53,563 nucleotides of DNA, from contig NW_021833853.1 of NCBI RefSeq assembly GCF_006345805.1, positions 1-53,563 of the forward strand, written 5' to 3'. The notes beneath the pieces are model-generated. The model had not been told where the DNA came from, searched no databases, and saw only the letters and a program-made list of their open reading frames with translations. Positions 39,048 to 51,764 of this stretch are shown here, in pieces. Source of the stretch: Octopus sinensis. Its lineage: Eukaryota. A program made the translations under genes and the position numbers. Position 1 is the first letter of the stretch; every line of letters starts with the position of its first letter.

Positions 39048-39358
39048 AATTAGAAAAAAAGCACCTTTCATCAATTCAAAATGAACAATTAAATTACACC
39101 ATCTAGAAAATTACATATAATAGAAAACTTAAAATTAAAATAACAATAGAATGTAAAGATTAAGTAAATTGCAAAAAAATAATAATAAAAACGTATATAA
39201 TAGGTATTATATACGTTTTTATTATTATTTTTTGCAATTTATTTAATCTTTACATTTTATTGTTATTTTAATTTTAAGTTTTCTATTATATGTAATTTTC
39301 TAGATGGTGTAATTTAATTGTTCATTTTGAATTGATGAAAGGTGCTTTTTTTCTAATT
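39048..39358. repeat. Near-perfect palindrome, arms about 155 bp, 2-nt loop (39203-39204)
   Basis: I find only 2 substitutions and a single 1-nt homopolymer indel between the arms. Confidence 0.93.
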
Positions 39359-39527
39359 TTTTATATATATATTATATTGTGTGAAATTTGATTTAGTATT
39401 TCTAAATTAAATTTTTTTCCTTGTAAGTTTGGATTTTATTCCTTCAAATAATAATAATTATATCCGGAGTCATTATTGTTGCTTATTTTGATTTTATATA
39501 TATATATATTTTGTCCAATCCCTGTGT

Positions 39528-39570
<43 letters not shown>

Positions 39571-39594
39571 AATATATATATATATATGTATACA

Positions 39595-40819
39595 CAGGGA
39601 TTGGACAAAATAATGGAAACACCTAGCATCACGGCATCATAATTTTTAAATATTTTATAAAACCGTCAAAAGCTTGTTTATTTTTATGTTATTTGATTAA
39701 TTATTAGTGTTGCTTAATATATTTTGCTAAAATCGCTGTTTCTTTTCAGATATCATCAGAAAAAGGTAATTAAAATTCATTAAAATCACAGATCTATCGG
39801 ACTTTCAAAGAGGTCAAATTGTTGGTGCTCATATGGTAAGTGCTAGTGCAATGAAAAAGCTGAAATGTTTGGTGTATCAAGAAATACTATCTCAAAAGTA
39901 ACGACAGCCTTTGAGAAAGAGGGAAAAACCTCGTTGTTGAAACAAAACTCCGGAAGAAAACCAAAACTTTCAGATAGGGATTGTCGGACTCTTACGCAAG
40001 TTGTTAGAAAGGATCACATAAGTACAGCTCCCAAAATTACTGCAGAGCTTAATAACCACCTCGAGAACCCAGTTTCCACAAAAACTGTTCGCTGGGAGCT
40101 GCCCAAATCCGGATTTCACGTGAGGGCTGCAATCAGAAACCCACTACTTTCAAAAACAAACGTTGCAAATCGTTTAGAGTGGAGTAAAAACCTACCGAAT
40201 TGGTCCCTAGAGCAGTGGAAGAATGTTATTTTCTCTGACAAGTCATCCATTACCTTATTTCCGACCACTGTCCAAGTATACATGTGGAGACAGTCTTCTT
40301 CCAACTGTTAAACATGGAGGAGAATCTGTGATGATCTGGGGCCGGGGGCTATATCTTGGGAATCCACTGGCCCAATGGTTTCCCTTTATGACAGACTTAA
40401 TAGTCAAGACTATTTAAGCATTTCATCTAATAAAATTCATCCTATGGTTGCGGAACTGTTTCCGGAGGGAAACGCGCAAACTTTCAGGATGATAATGCAC
40501 CAATTCACACAGCTAAAGTTGTTACTGAATGGCACGAGGAACATTCTAGTTATAAGAACATCTTATCTGGCCACCACAGTCTCCAGATCTCAATATTACT
40601 GAAAATTTATGGTTCCTTTTAGAAAAACAAGTAAGAAGTCGATATCCGCCATCTGTTTTAGCTGAAGAGTGGAAAACATTCCTTTGGAAACAATTCAAAC
40701 TTTGTGCGACTCCATACCTCGTAGAATTCAATCTGTAATTATAGCCAAATGCGGTCCTGCTCCATATTAGAATAAATTTATTTGAAATTTTAAGGTGTTT
40801 CCATTACTTTGTCCAACCC

Positions 40820-40822
<3 letters not shown>
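39595..40822 (+). mobile_element. Tc1-family transposon (about 1.23 kb, internally deleted)
   Basis: 30-bp TIRs cagg(ga/gg)ttggacaaa(a/g)taatggaaacacct match 28/30; TA-rich flanks. Confidence 0.93.
39785..40768 (+). pseudogene. DD34E Tc1 transposase pseudogene
   Basis: DLSDFQRGQIVGA, SGRKPKLSDRD, WKNVIFSDKS, TVKHGGESVMIWG, QDDNAPIHTAK, WPPQSPDLNITENLW; start codon mutated to ATC, plus frameshifts. Confidence 0.9.
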
Positions 40823-40874
<52 letters not shown>

Positions 40875-41338
40875 CACACACACACAAATACATTTATATA
40901 TGATTAGATTGTGTAGTATATAGTCCGTACATAAAGCTCCTAATATGTCCCTTACTGGGCCTAAGATAATTAGAGGAAACCTGCCAAATACTGGTCCTGT
41001 AATAAGAGGAGAAATTAAGATTGCATGCATAACTATATGTATATATGGAAGTACATTCGTGTGTATGTATACATTTATGTATATATATATATGTATATAT
41101 GTATTGATATTTATGTAGGTTTATATAACGATGTTAGGATGAATGCGTCTATCTATCTATCGATCTATCTATCTATCAACATACGCATCTTTCATTCTTT
41201 CTTTCTTTCTCTTTGCGCGTGTGTGTATCGACGTGTGTGTGTGTGTCTTCGTGTAGGTGTATGCATGTGTGTGTGCGTGCATATATAGCTATATGTAAAT
41301 ACATATAAATTGATATAGATATACACATATACATTATT

Positions 41339-41372
<34 letters not shown>

Positions 41373-41445
41373 TATATGTATATATAATTATATGTATATA
41401 TGTAGGTATGTATATGTAATGTTTATATGTATGTATGCATGTATG

Positions 41446-41483
<38 letters not shown>

Positions 41484-42074
41484 AATATATGTGTATATAC
41501 ATACATATATGTATGTATGTAAATATATATATATAATATATATATACACACACATAAATAGAAATAGGAAAGAGAGATGCTTATCCTGCATTTATACTTG
41601 CATAGTTATGTATTGTATGTATATATACGCATGCACACATACACACACACACGTACACACATGCACACATATACGTATATATTGGTATCCATGTATGCAT
41701 GTATACATTTATACATCATTCAATCTCAGATTAGCGCACATCATATATAAATTTAATTCTATGATTCATAAATCACAAATGAGGCTACAGATAGATTCAT
41801 TAGGTGGTTAAATCTAATTGGATGAAGTTCCGGCATCCTCAAGTCGAAGAATTTCGAAAGAAGCAGATTGATTTCATCAATCTGAAAGTCTCTGTTCTTG
41901 GAAAGCAGCAAACATCAGAAGACGTATGCGCATTGAAGAGATGACGTCTTGGTGTATGTGTGTGTGTGTGCATGTATGTATGTGTTTGTGTTTGCGTGTG
42001 TGTGTGACAGTGTTCAGTGTTGTAACTACCAGAAGAGACTTCCTTCCAATAGCGCAGAATCGTTTTGCATTCAA

Positions 42075-42305
42075 GCCAGCGAGCTGGCAGAGACGTTAGC
42101 GCGCCGGGTGAAATGCTTAGCGGTATTTTGTCTGCCGTTACGTTCGGCGTTCAAATTCCGCCGAGGTCGACTTTGCCTTTCATCCTTTCGAGGTCGATAA
42201 ATCAAGAACTAGTTATGCACTGAGGTCGATTTAGTCGACTTAATCCATTTGTCTGTCCTTGTTTGCCCCTCTATGTTTAGCCCCTTGTAGGCAATAAAGA
42301 AATAG
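42075..42305 (+). mobile_element. Family-B SINE with a distinct tail ending ...gcaataaagaaata
   Basis: Full head and body; the tail differs from the other B copies. Confidence 0.9.
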
Positions 42306-42502
42306 GAATCTGTTTGCATTTGCTGTGATTTTGTTTAAAAATCAACATCTAATGTTTGTCCAAAGATGTTTTCTATCTCGATGTACATAATTATATATGT
42401 ATGCATCTAAGTATGTATATACGCTTGCATGTACGTATGCAAGTATGTATGCATGCAACTTCTCGAGATTTCTATTTATTTTCTCTCTCTCTCTCTCTCT
42501 TT

Positions 42503-42537
<35 letters not shown>

Positions 42538-43289
42538 ACACACACACAGAACACACACACATGCACACTTTATTGCAATGGGGATCAAATAGACGATGGC
42601 CAATTTATTTTGGAACCACCTGTGCGTATCTTTGGCTGACAGATTACGCCGAAAGTATTCCAGATTATTTGACTGATCTATGTAGTAGTCCATACTAAGT
42701 CAAACAGTTGCTTACTGGTCCAGAGCATCCTCCAAGTTTTGTATACGTATCAAAGGTATAACTGGTACATATTTATGCAGTGTATTATCTTGATAATCAA
42801 AAAATAGTTATTACGGAGATGTACTTGCATAGCAAGTGACCTGATCTGAGATCGTGTGCTGGAACGAAAACAATTGCAGCGTGGAAGATGTTTATAGGCC
42901 ATTTAAGAAACAAACAAAATCCTTTAGATTCACTCCAGCATTTAAATTTGATTTGTCAAAATATTTTCGTCGCTTTGAGACCGCGACCTGTTCACTGACA
43001 AAATTCGGTACTGCATCTCAAAAAATAGTGGATTGTTTAAAGAATCATTACACGCAAGATACAGAAATAATTTATTCTCAAACGCATGATAATGCTAATA
43101 CAATAGCATGAACAGGATAAACTATCCATATATTGGGAGTAAAAACTTATTACCGGCCATAGGACCCGAACTCACATCCCTTTGATTACACATTAAGTGC
43201 TTTACCTTTAAGATAAACTTCCCAGTAACGAACTGTTCTGCAATTTTAGGATATATATATATCCAGCTTTATAAGACGCTAAATCTATA

Positions 43290-43581
43290 TTCAACTTACG
43301 ATGAAAGTAAACTAACAAAATTTTCTTTAGAAGCGTTGAGATGTATTGAAAGATACAGAAATAATTTAAGGTAAAGCACTTAACGCGTAATCACAGGGAT
43401 GTAAGTTCGAGACACATGGCTGGCCGGTAACGATTTTCTCTGCAATATGTGGCTAGTTTATCCTATTCGTGCTATTGCATTAGCATTATCATGCGTTGGG
43501 AATAAGTTATTTCTGTATCTTTCAATACATCTCAACAATTCTAAAGCGAATTTTGTTTGTTTACTTTCATCGTATGTTGAA
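43290..43581. mobile_element. Foldback/MITE-like element with long TIRs, plus a partial inverted copy at 43056-43208
   Basis: 43290-43364 vs reverse complement of 43507-43581 match 69/75, including 30/30 at the inner ends; weaker pairing continues to about 43255/43620. Confidence 0.8.
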
Positions 43582-44084
43582 TTTATCATTACACTCGTCT
43601 CAATAGCTTTGTATATTTATTACCGATACGATGTACATTACATAACATATTGCATAGCGTTACGCGAATACGCATTGTGTTTTTACTATACATACGCACA
43701 CAGACATCCACCCAGATACAGTAATCCTAAGAAACTGGTGATGGTGTGTTTGGACAACTCTGCATAAACTCCTACCAAGAAATCTAATTGTGGCCCTTCT
43801 TTTGGCTAGAAATACAGACAATGCATTTAGGCAAGGATACCGTCTGGAAAAGTCAACTGGTGATTGGAACAGATTAAATGTCTTTGTTGTTAGATCTTAT
43901 CAGAGAAGCATATTCACCTGAGGAGGTGAAACAGAGAAGAAATTAATTCATATAGGAACTAGATAAATATAGGGACACCGATTATGAATAATGCCACGTT
44001 TACATTCGTTCTGGCATGCCATGGGAAGTACCATTCCATGCACATATTCACATACATACATAGATACATACATAATAATATTCT

Positions 44085-44124
<40 letters not shown>

Positions 44125-44216
44125 TACGCAATAAGTGATGTAAATGTTGGTTGGTTTGCAAGTTACAGGTTACGTAGTAGAGGGAAGGGACGAAAATAGT
44201 TAAAAGAAGATACAGA

Positions 44217-44267
44217 AGGTACAGGACGAGGTACAGGACGAGGTACAGGACGAGGTACAGGACGAGG
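44217..44267. repeat. 12-bp minisatellite (AGGTACAGGACG)x4
   Basis: Four perfect units. Confidence 0.95.
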
Positions 44268-44854
44268 AATTCGCATGCTAGGCTTGATGGCAGACAGTGA
44301 GAGAGAAACTGCTGATGAAAACGTTGGCATTGGTCGGATGCGAACTGAGAACGCTCAGATTCGGAACGAATAGTAAAGGACTATTTTTCCGATGTTCTGA
44401 ACGATGATGACTATTCGCCAAATTAAAAGAAAACCAATCATTTCAAGGACGGCTTTACTCATTGAGATATGACACTTTAGTGAAAAGCGTTGGGGACTCC
44501 CAGCGTTAAGTCTAATAAACACATTAGGTATTTTATTATAAAGGGAAGAGTACAGATCGACAAAGACATAAATAAACAGAAAGAATATATATGTATATAT
44601 ATTTATATATATATATATATAAAGAGAGAGAGGGAGGGAGAGAGGGAGAGAGAGAGAGAGAGAGCGTATGTATGTCAAGGACAGAAAAATAACAGAAGCT
44701 GACAGAAATAGAGGGAGAAATTAAGACAAGCAGCGATTTTATGGTTTTCGCACGTCAACGATGATGGCTGTAAATTCGGACATTTCTTCCTGTAATTATA
44801 GCACTGTACATATTAGACAGACTTTTCTAACGCATGCATCTTTCAATATTCATC

Positions 44855-44874
44855 TCTGTCTGTCTGTCTGTTTG

Positions 44875-44969
<95 letters not shown>

Positions 44970-44993
44970 GTCTGTCGGTCTATCTATCTATCT

Positions 44994-45056
<63 letters not shown>

Positions 45057-45214
45057 GTGCGTTTGTCTGTGTCTGTGTGTGTGTGTCTGTCTGTGTGTCT
45101 GTCTCTGTCTTCCTTTCTCCCTCCTCTCTCTCTCTCACTATCTGCATGTGTGTGTGTGTCTGTGTGTATGTGTCTGTCTGTGTGTTTGTCTCTCTCTCAC
45201 TCTCTCTCTCTATT

Positions 45215-45250
<36 letters not shown>

Positions 45251-45300
45251 TATCTATCTATCTATCTATGAATCAATCAATCTATGTATCTATCTATCTG

Positions 45301-45357
<57 letters not shown>

Positions 45358-45358
45358 A

Positions 45359-45434
<76 letters not shown>

Positions 45435-45600
45435 CGTCTGTCTGTCTCACTCACTCTCTCTCCATCTCTCTATATGTGCGTGTGTGTCTCTCTCTCCCCC
45501 TCTCTCTATCTGTGTGTGTCTCTCTGTCTCCCTGTCTCTCTCTCTCTCTGTGTCTCCTTGCCTCTCTCTCCCTCTCTCTCTATCTCCCTGTCTCTCTGCC
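44855..45600. repeat. Compound (TCTA)n/(TCTG)n/(TG)n/(TC)n/(TCAA)n microsatellite block
   Basis: Direct reading. Confidence 0.95.
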
Positions 45601-46209
45601 TATACTCTTCTCCTTATAGTAATATTTTGTGCATTTGATTTAACGCTGTCAGATCCCCATGGTTTGCCCTAAAGTGTGACATCCTAATTTTGCTCTCCAA
45701 TAAAAAGCCCGCTACCGTTGATGGTCCGCTGCTTCGTTGCTGTACAGGCGAAGGGAGCGGGGAGGCATTCCACGTTCATATTGTTCTTTCGATTCCCAGT
45801 TGATTCCGTTCACTTAACGAATCGCTTAGATTCCAACAGTGTGGCGCTTGACACCTTCCTGTGCACCTATTCGTCAGTGACCTTGCAGCAGCTGTAGTAG
45901 CTATGGTGGTACAACAGCAACAACAACAACAATAATTGTAGTAGTAATGGTAATAGTGGTGGTAACCCTATAACCATTAAATTATCAATATGTGGAAAAA
46001 TAAATTTGTTGATCTGTTTCAGGTTATTTCATACTAAGTGTTATGCTCGCTGTATATACACACACACACACACATGCACACACACATACATACATAAGAT
46101 TACAGTAATCTAGGACAGTTGTAACTGCTTCTCCTAAGGATGGAACATAGCACCTTCTAGAGTGTCGAAACTTTTGTCAACCTTACTCATTGCGCGATAC
46201 GTTTATATG

Positions 46210-46410
46210 TTGCTCGATATGGCTCTGAAATCATCCTTTCTACAATCGGTGCAAGGCGGAGGAGAGAATCTAGTCAAGCATATCGACCTCAGTGTCCAAA
46301 TGGTACTTATTTCATCGACTCCGAAAAGATGAAAGGCAAAGTCCACCTTGGCGGAATTTGAATTGTCAAGCATTGAATGTCCGGCGTCGATTCTGCTAGC
46401 TCGTCGTTTT
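46210..46410 (-). mobile_element. Family-B SINE
   Basis: atcgacctcagtg..ggtacttatttcatcgactccgaaaagatgaaaggcaaagtccaccttggcggaatttgaa. Confidence 0.75.
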
Positions 46411-47522
46411 AGGTTTGGTTGAAATAACGACGGATAAAAATTAACTTTATTTCTTGATTATTCTCAATATTTTGCCCATTCTTGATGAAGTATGCTTTCG
46501 TCGAATGATTTGTCTTGTGAAATATCTGGAATGCGTTCAATAGCTTCTCTTTACATTTGTCCACCATCTTTTCGTTATCCATTTGTTTTCTTGTTTCTGT
46601 TAATATCTCTATGTCCTAATATTTCGACAATTATTACTCTTGTAATATTTCCAATCATAAATATATAATTTTCTTGGAAGAATACGTTCAATTTATCCTT
46701 CAATCCGACCGATTTTGTTTTTCTTGTTTGAGGTTCCATAGACTATATACATATATTATATATTCATATAAACGAGAAGGATATAAACCAATGAATCAGT
46801 CTCAGAACTTGACTGTTATTTGACTTTATGGCTAACGGACTTTCATGACAGCGGGATTTTGAATCAACGGAAATACTCCATGATGCTTAACTTAAATGAA
46901 TGTCCTTACATGAATTGGTTATAAATTAGCGTTTAATCTTAACTGTTATATAAATTCATATCTTATCTACTTATACCAACCGCAATATAGCAACAACAAC
47001 ACAAACTACAAGGAAAATAATAACGAGAAGGAAAAAAATACACGGGAATATGCACTCACCGACCTGAAGACAATTTATGGCTTGGAAATAGTTAAGATTA
47101 TTTTCCGTTAGATTCTTGTTTGAGACGAAAAAAGGAAATCAAAAAGTTCAAAATTGAAGGAACTTTGTGTCTAAAAAAAAGTAAACACCCCAAAATCTTT
47201 GTAGATATATAATATACATACACACTAATATGTACGCACATGCGTATACATATACACATAAACACACAGACACACACACACACATACAATCTCATACGCA
47301 TATATATATATATACATATATACATATGTTTATATTTATGGGTAAATATAAAAATAATTATATACGTATATATATCCATATATACCTTTATATATGTATA
47401 TATATGCATACACACGCACACATATATGTGTATATATATGTATGTATATATATATATATCCGTATAAATTATATATTCTATGTATTATGTGTATGTGTAT
47501 TATATCCATGCAAACATATATA

Positions 47523-47589
<67 letters not shown>

Positions 47590-47707
47590 ATATGTGTGTA
47601 TATGTATTATATATGTGTGTCTTTATTCGTGTGTATATATATATATGTTATATGTATGCATGTACGTATACATATATATATGTATGCAGATATATATATA
47701 TGCATAC

Positions 47708-47762
<55 letters not shown>

Positions 47763-48744
47763 TATATATATATGTATAATATATATATGTATATGTATAC
47801 TCTTCCTCTAAAGCAGACAAAAGAACAATAAAACCTGGGAATGAAAACAATACGTGTGTTTCTATTTTATGACTTCAGATGTGGCAAGTGGTTTTTCATG
47901 GATTTTGTTGCTGTTGTTATTGCTGTCGTTATTGTCGCTTCTGTTGTTATTGGTGTTGTCATTGCTGTTGCTGTTGTTGTTGTCGTTTCGATTATTGTTT
48001 ATCTGGTCTTATATTCTTTGTTATTTTTACATCAGAAAACTTTAAAAACAGCAGAGACAAAAGTGATTTTAAACGTTCGGGGAATTAACTATTCCAAAAT
48101 GTTGTAAACAACCGTCAGTGTTTGAATAGCTGTGAGAGTGTTTGCTGTGTGTGTGTGTGTGTGTGTGTATTTGTGTGTATGTATATATATGCATACATAC
48201 ATTCGCACACACACACCCATATATATATATTATTTATTCATATACGGGTTTGTTGAAATAAACAGAATTAATAGAGCTCAATACATGAGTATTTACTTTT
48301 TTATTCAGTTGTAAAGTTGCATAAGTGACTCGAAAGCAAAGTGGTTCAAGCATTGCAGTTATACGCACCCCCACACACGCACACACACACATATATATAT
48401 GCATATATATCCGAGTATTTGAATATATATATATATATACTTTATTTAAAGCAGCAGAAAATTCAAGAAACCCTGTTACCATTCTAGCAAAAACTGTCCG
48501 ATGAACGGCAACGGGAAACTCAGAGTAACAGGTTTTGTTGAATTTTCTGCTGCTTTAAATAAAGCATATTACTCTACCACTGGTATTTGAGTACTCTTTT
48601 TTCCACCTTGTTTGACATTTATGTGTTTAATCCGGTATATATATATATATATATATATTAATATATATATATATATTATATATATTATATATATTATAGA
48701 TATATATGCATGTACACGCACACATATATGTATGTATATATGTA

Positions 48745-49700
48745 TATGCAGAGGATACAGAAGTCTTTCAGAGAATACAGAACCCTGAAAATATCGCGCA
48801 TCTGCAACGAGAGTGCGACGCGATATATAGGTTGGCCGAGGACAATACCGTGCAGTTTAATGTTGCAAAATTCGAATCCCGTCGCTACCACGACACAAAG
48901 AAAAGAAATACAGACAGTGTACACTGTCCAGGAAGGATTGCAATCTCTGAATCAAAAACAGTACTCGAGCTGGACACTGACACCATTAATAATGCATCTT
49001 TCCTGGTGCATATTATTAAGTTGGCCATAAAATTCAGACGGTTGGCCGGATGAGTCCATAAAACTTTCAGAACGAGAGAAGAGGAAACCATTATGGTCTC
49101 CTGGCGGACATATCCTCTCAGCTGCTTAGATTTACTGCTCCCAACTAGGGTCACCATACAGTGTAAAATTAAGGGCAGAGCACGAACTTCTGCGAAGCTA
49201 CACAAAGATCGTCTAAATGTAACGAGTCAGCTACTGGGAAAGCTGTAAAAGTTAAGACTCTTCTCTCTTGAACAAAGACAGAACAGATATGCAGTGATAT
49301 ACATCTGGAAAATCCGGGAAAGGCTTGTACCAAACTTTGGCATTGAAAGTTACACAAACAACAGAACAGAGAAACACTACATAGTGCCAAAAATCCCAAC
49401 ATCGCCATCAAGATACAGAACCAGTCACTGCAGCAGCGCTTCAGTATTCTTCCAGAAAGCCTGAGAGACCTGCATGGTGTGGGTGTAGGTGTCTTCAAAA
49501 AGAAAACTGGAACTTTTCCTGTCAAGGATTCCGGATGTGCCTATCTCATGGCACGAAACGCAGACGCGGGGAGCGGCATAAGACTCCCCTACTCACCAAA
49601 TTCCACATATCATGTAGTGAGGGTGTAGCAAAGCCAACGGTGGTGCACCAGCATGGCCGCAGCTCTCGGGCTGAAAAAAGTTAAAGAATTAAAGAATTAG
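48745..49700 (+). mobile_element. 5'-truncated CR1-clade LINE: RT C-terminus to 3' tail
   Basis: YAEDTEVFQRIQNPENIAHLQRECDAIYRLAEDNTVQFNVAKF (YADD..LQ.DLD..W...N.M.FN..K pattern), decayed downstream frames, tail ggtggtgcaccagcatggccgcag...(ttaaagaa)n. Confidence 0.85.
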
Positions 49701-49714
49701 AGAATATATGTAGT

Positions 49715-49945
49715 GGATGCGCGTGATTTAGTGTTGCACTCGTTATTGTAAGATTGTGGTTTCGATTCTTGGATCGGGTGATGCGTTGTGTCCTTCAGTA
49801 AAATATTTCATCTCACGTTGCTTCATTCTACTCAGCTGGCAAAATGAGTAGTCCTGAGAAGGGCCATCAACCCGTCCAGGAGGAATATGTTCTCCACAGA
49901 ATCCAGGAAAGCGGCCCTTATGAAGCTACGGTTCGGGATGGACTT
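49715..49945 (+). mobile_element. Meta-like tRNA SINE immediately after the CR1 tail
   Basis: gcgcgtgatttagtg, ggtttcgattc, gcgttgtgtccttcag, ctcagctggcaaaatgagt, cccgtccagg. Confidence 0.75.
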
Positions 49946-50584
49946 TTGATAACTTTTTTCTGGATACATACACATATTTTATTTTTTCACCACCCAAATA
50001 TATATAACTTTATCTGATTCGAGTTCCACCATTCCGAAAGAGAAGTATTTCACGTTCTCTCGAAGTTCTACATTCTTATGAAATAAATAACATACATTTC
50101 TTGCTTGAAGGAACAAAGTTCCGAAAATGAAGATTGCTTTGGTCCATTGGTAGACGCCTGTTATGTCCATAGAAGGTACAGGTTCGATACTCAAGATCAA
50201 CCTTCGAACTCCCTTATATACAAGGGTTTTTAACTCAATATTTTCACGCTAGTATTTCGAGTTCCACTATTCCCCCCAAAATATTCCCACCAAAAAAATA
50301 ATAAAACACACAAAAAAACAGCGAAGCAATATACATACATACATACATTCATATTTAAATGTCTGTGGAAAACCGTGACAATAAGAACTCTCATACAAAA
50401 ATATTTAAAAAAACATAAAAGCTTGAATGAAGAAAATGAAGAGTCGAAAAGAACTGAACAGCAAAAGAATTCTATTGTTGAATATTTTTGTAGCCATCAT
50501 TTCCTGGCTCTGTTGAAGATGATGTTAAATATATTCTCTCAGTCAGATTGGTACTTTTTGAATTGGAATAAACAATTCTTTCTA

Positions 50585-50797
50585 TTATAGGCAAACAATT
50601 CTTTCTATTATAGAAATTTTGTGGGAAGATTTAGTCGATTACATCGACTCCAATATTCAAGTGTCTCACTTATTTTATCGATCCCAAAAGGGTGAAAGGC
50701 TAAATCGACCTCGGCGATTTTTGAACTCAGAACGTAAACGGCAAGAAATAATGCTAAGCATTTGGTGACATATTAACCATTCTGCCAGCTCGTTGCA
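50585..50797 (-). mobile_element. Family-B SINE with a short duplicated tail segment
   Basis: ttctttctattatag occurs twice; the body is the reverse complement of family B. Confidence 0.78.
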
Positions 50798-50989
50798 TTT
50801 GCATTGGAATAAATAATAGCACAATTTTTCTGAATACTTCTACAAGAGCATAGAAACGATTCCGGACCTCTAACCACTCAAGAGGGTTACAATGCGGACA
50901 ATAGCTCCGAATGTGGGACCAGAGGAGTATCCAACAATCATGAACTCTATACGACCCGACCCCATAAGACGTGTAAGAAGTTAAGGGCC

Positions 50990-51370
50990 AAAGCACGTAC
51001 ATGGAGGGGCGCCTCCTTCTCTGAAGACGCTCTGCTATTCAGCTTTCCTAAGTGATTTTTTACTACCAAAGTTGAATGCAATACAGACCGTTCTACATCA
51101 ACGGAAACCTTGTTTGTTAAGCTTCCCTCAGTATCTGATAAGCTTTGTATGTTATAGATCTGGCTGAGATAATGACAGATTAAAGTTTGCTGGGTTTATC
51201 TCTTGATTATTACCAATGTATTACCCAGTTTTGACAAAATATACTTTTGCCGAATGTTTAGTCTTTGTGAAATATCTGGAATGCACTCCATCCAGCTCTA
51301 CTCTTTATATCCGCGCACCATCTTTTGTTAATCCGTTTGCTTTCATGTTTCTCCTAATATCTCAACTTCC
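50990..51370 (-). mobile_element. Heavily decayed LINE RT fragment; related segment at about 46450-46620
   Basis: Minus translation contains QGFR and an eroded KG....NYRGI-like stretch; both loci share tgtgaaatatctggaatgc..caccatcttt. Confidence 0.35.
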
Positions 51371-51764
51371 TGGTATCCCAACCTTTATTACTTGTTTTAT
51401 ACACACACATGCTCATACACATACACACACAAATGCACACACACGCACACACATACGCATACACACATATACACACACAAGCACACAGGCACACACACAC
51501 GCATGCACACACATACACACACATGGGCACACATACACATGCACACATATACGCATACATAAACATACACACGCACACACACAAACACACAACATACACA
51601 CGTGCGCGCTTATACAGGCACACATGTATAGAAGAATACACAATTCATTTTTAATCCGATCTCTCTGTGGATTAAAATAGTTCTACAGTTGCTAGACTAC
51701 ATGTACTCAAATGTACCCCTTTCTCTCGCACTCTTTCTCTGTAACCACCCCACTCACACATTAA

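Noticed and set aside
42607-42618. WFQN on the minus strand with a preceding CAG (homeobox helix-3-like)
   Set aside because: It is followed by KLAIVY rather than RR..K: the invariant Arg53 and the basic tail are missing, and there are no upstream helix 1-2 features.
44217-44267. Regular direct repeats as a possible CRISPR array; likewise the 24-25.6 kb array
   Set aside because: No unique spacers, no cas genes, and a eukaryotic context.
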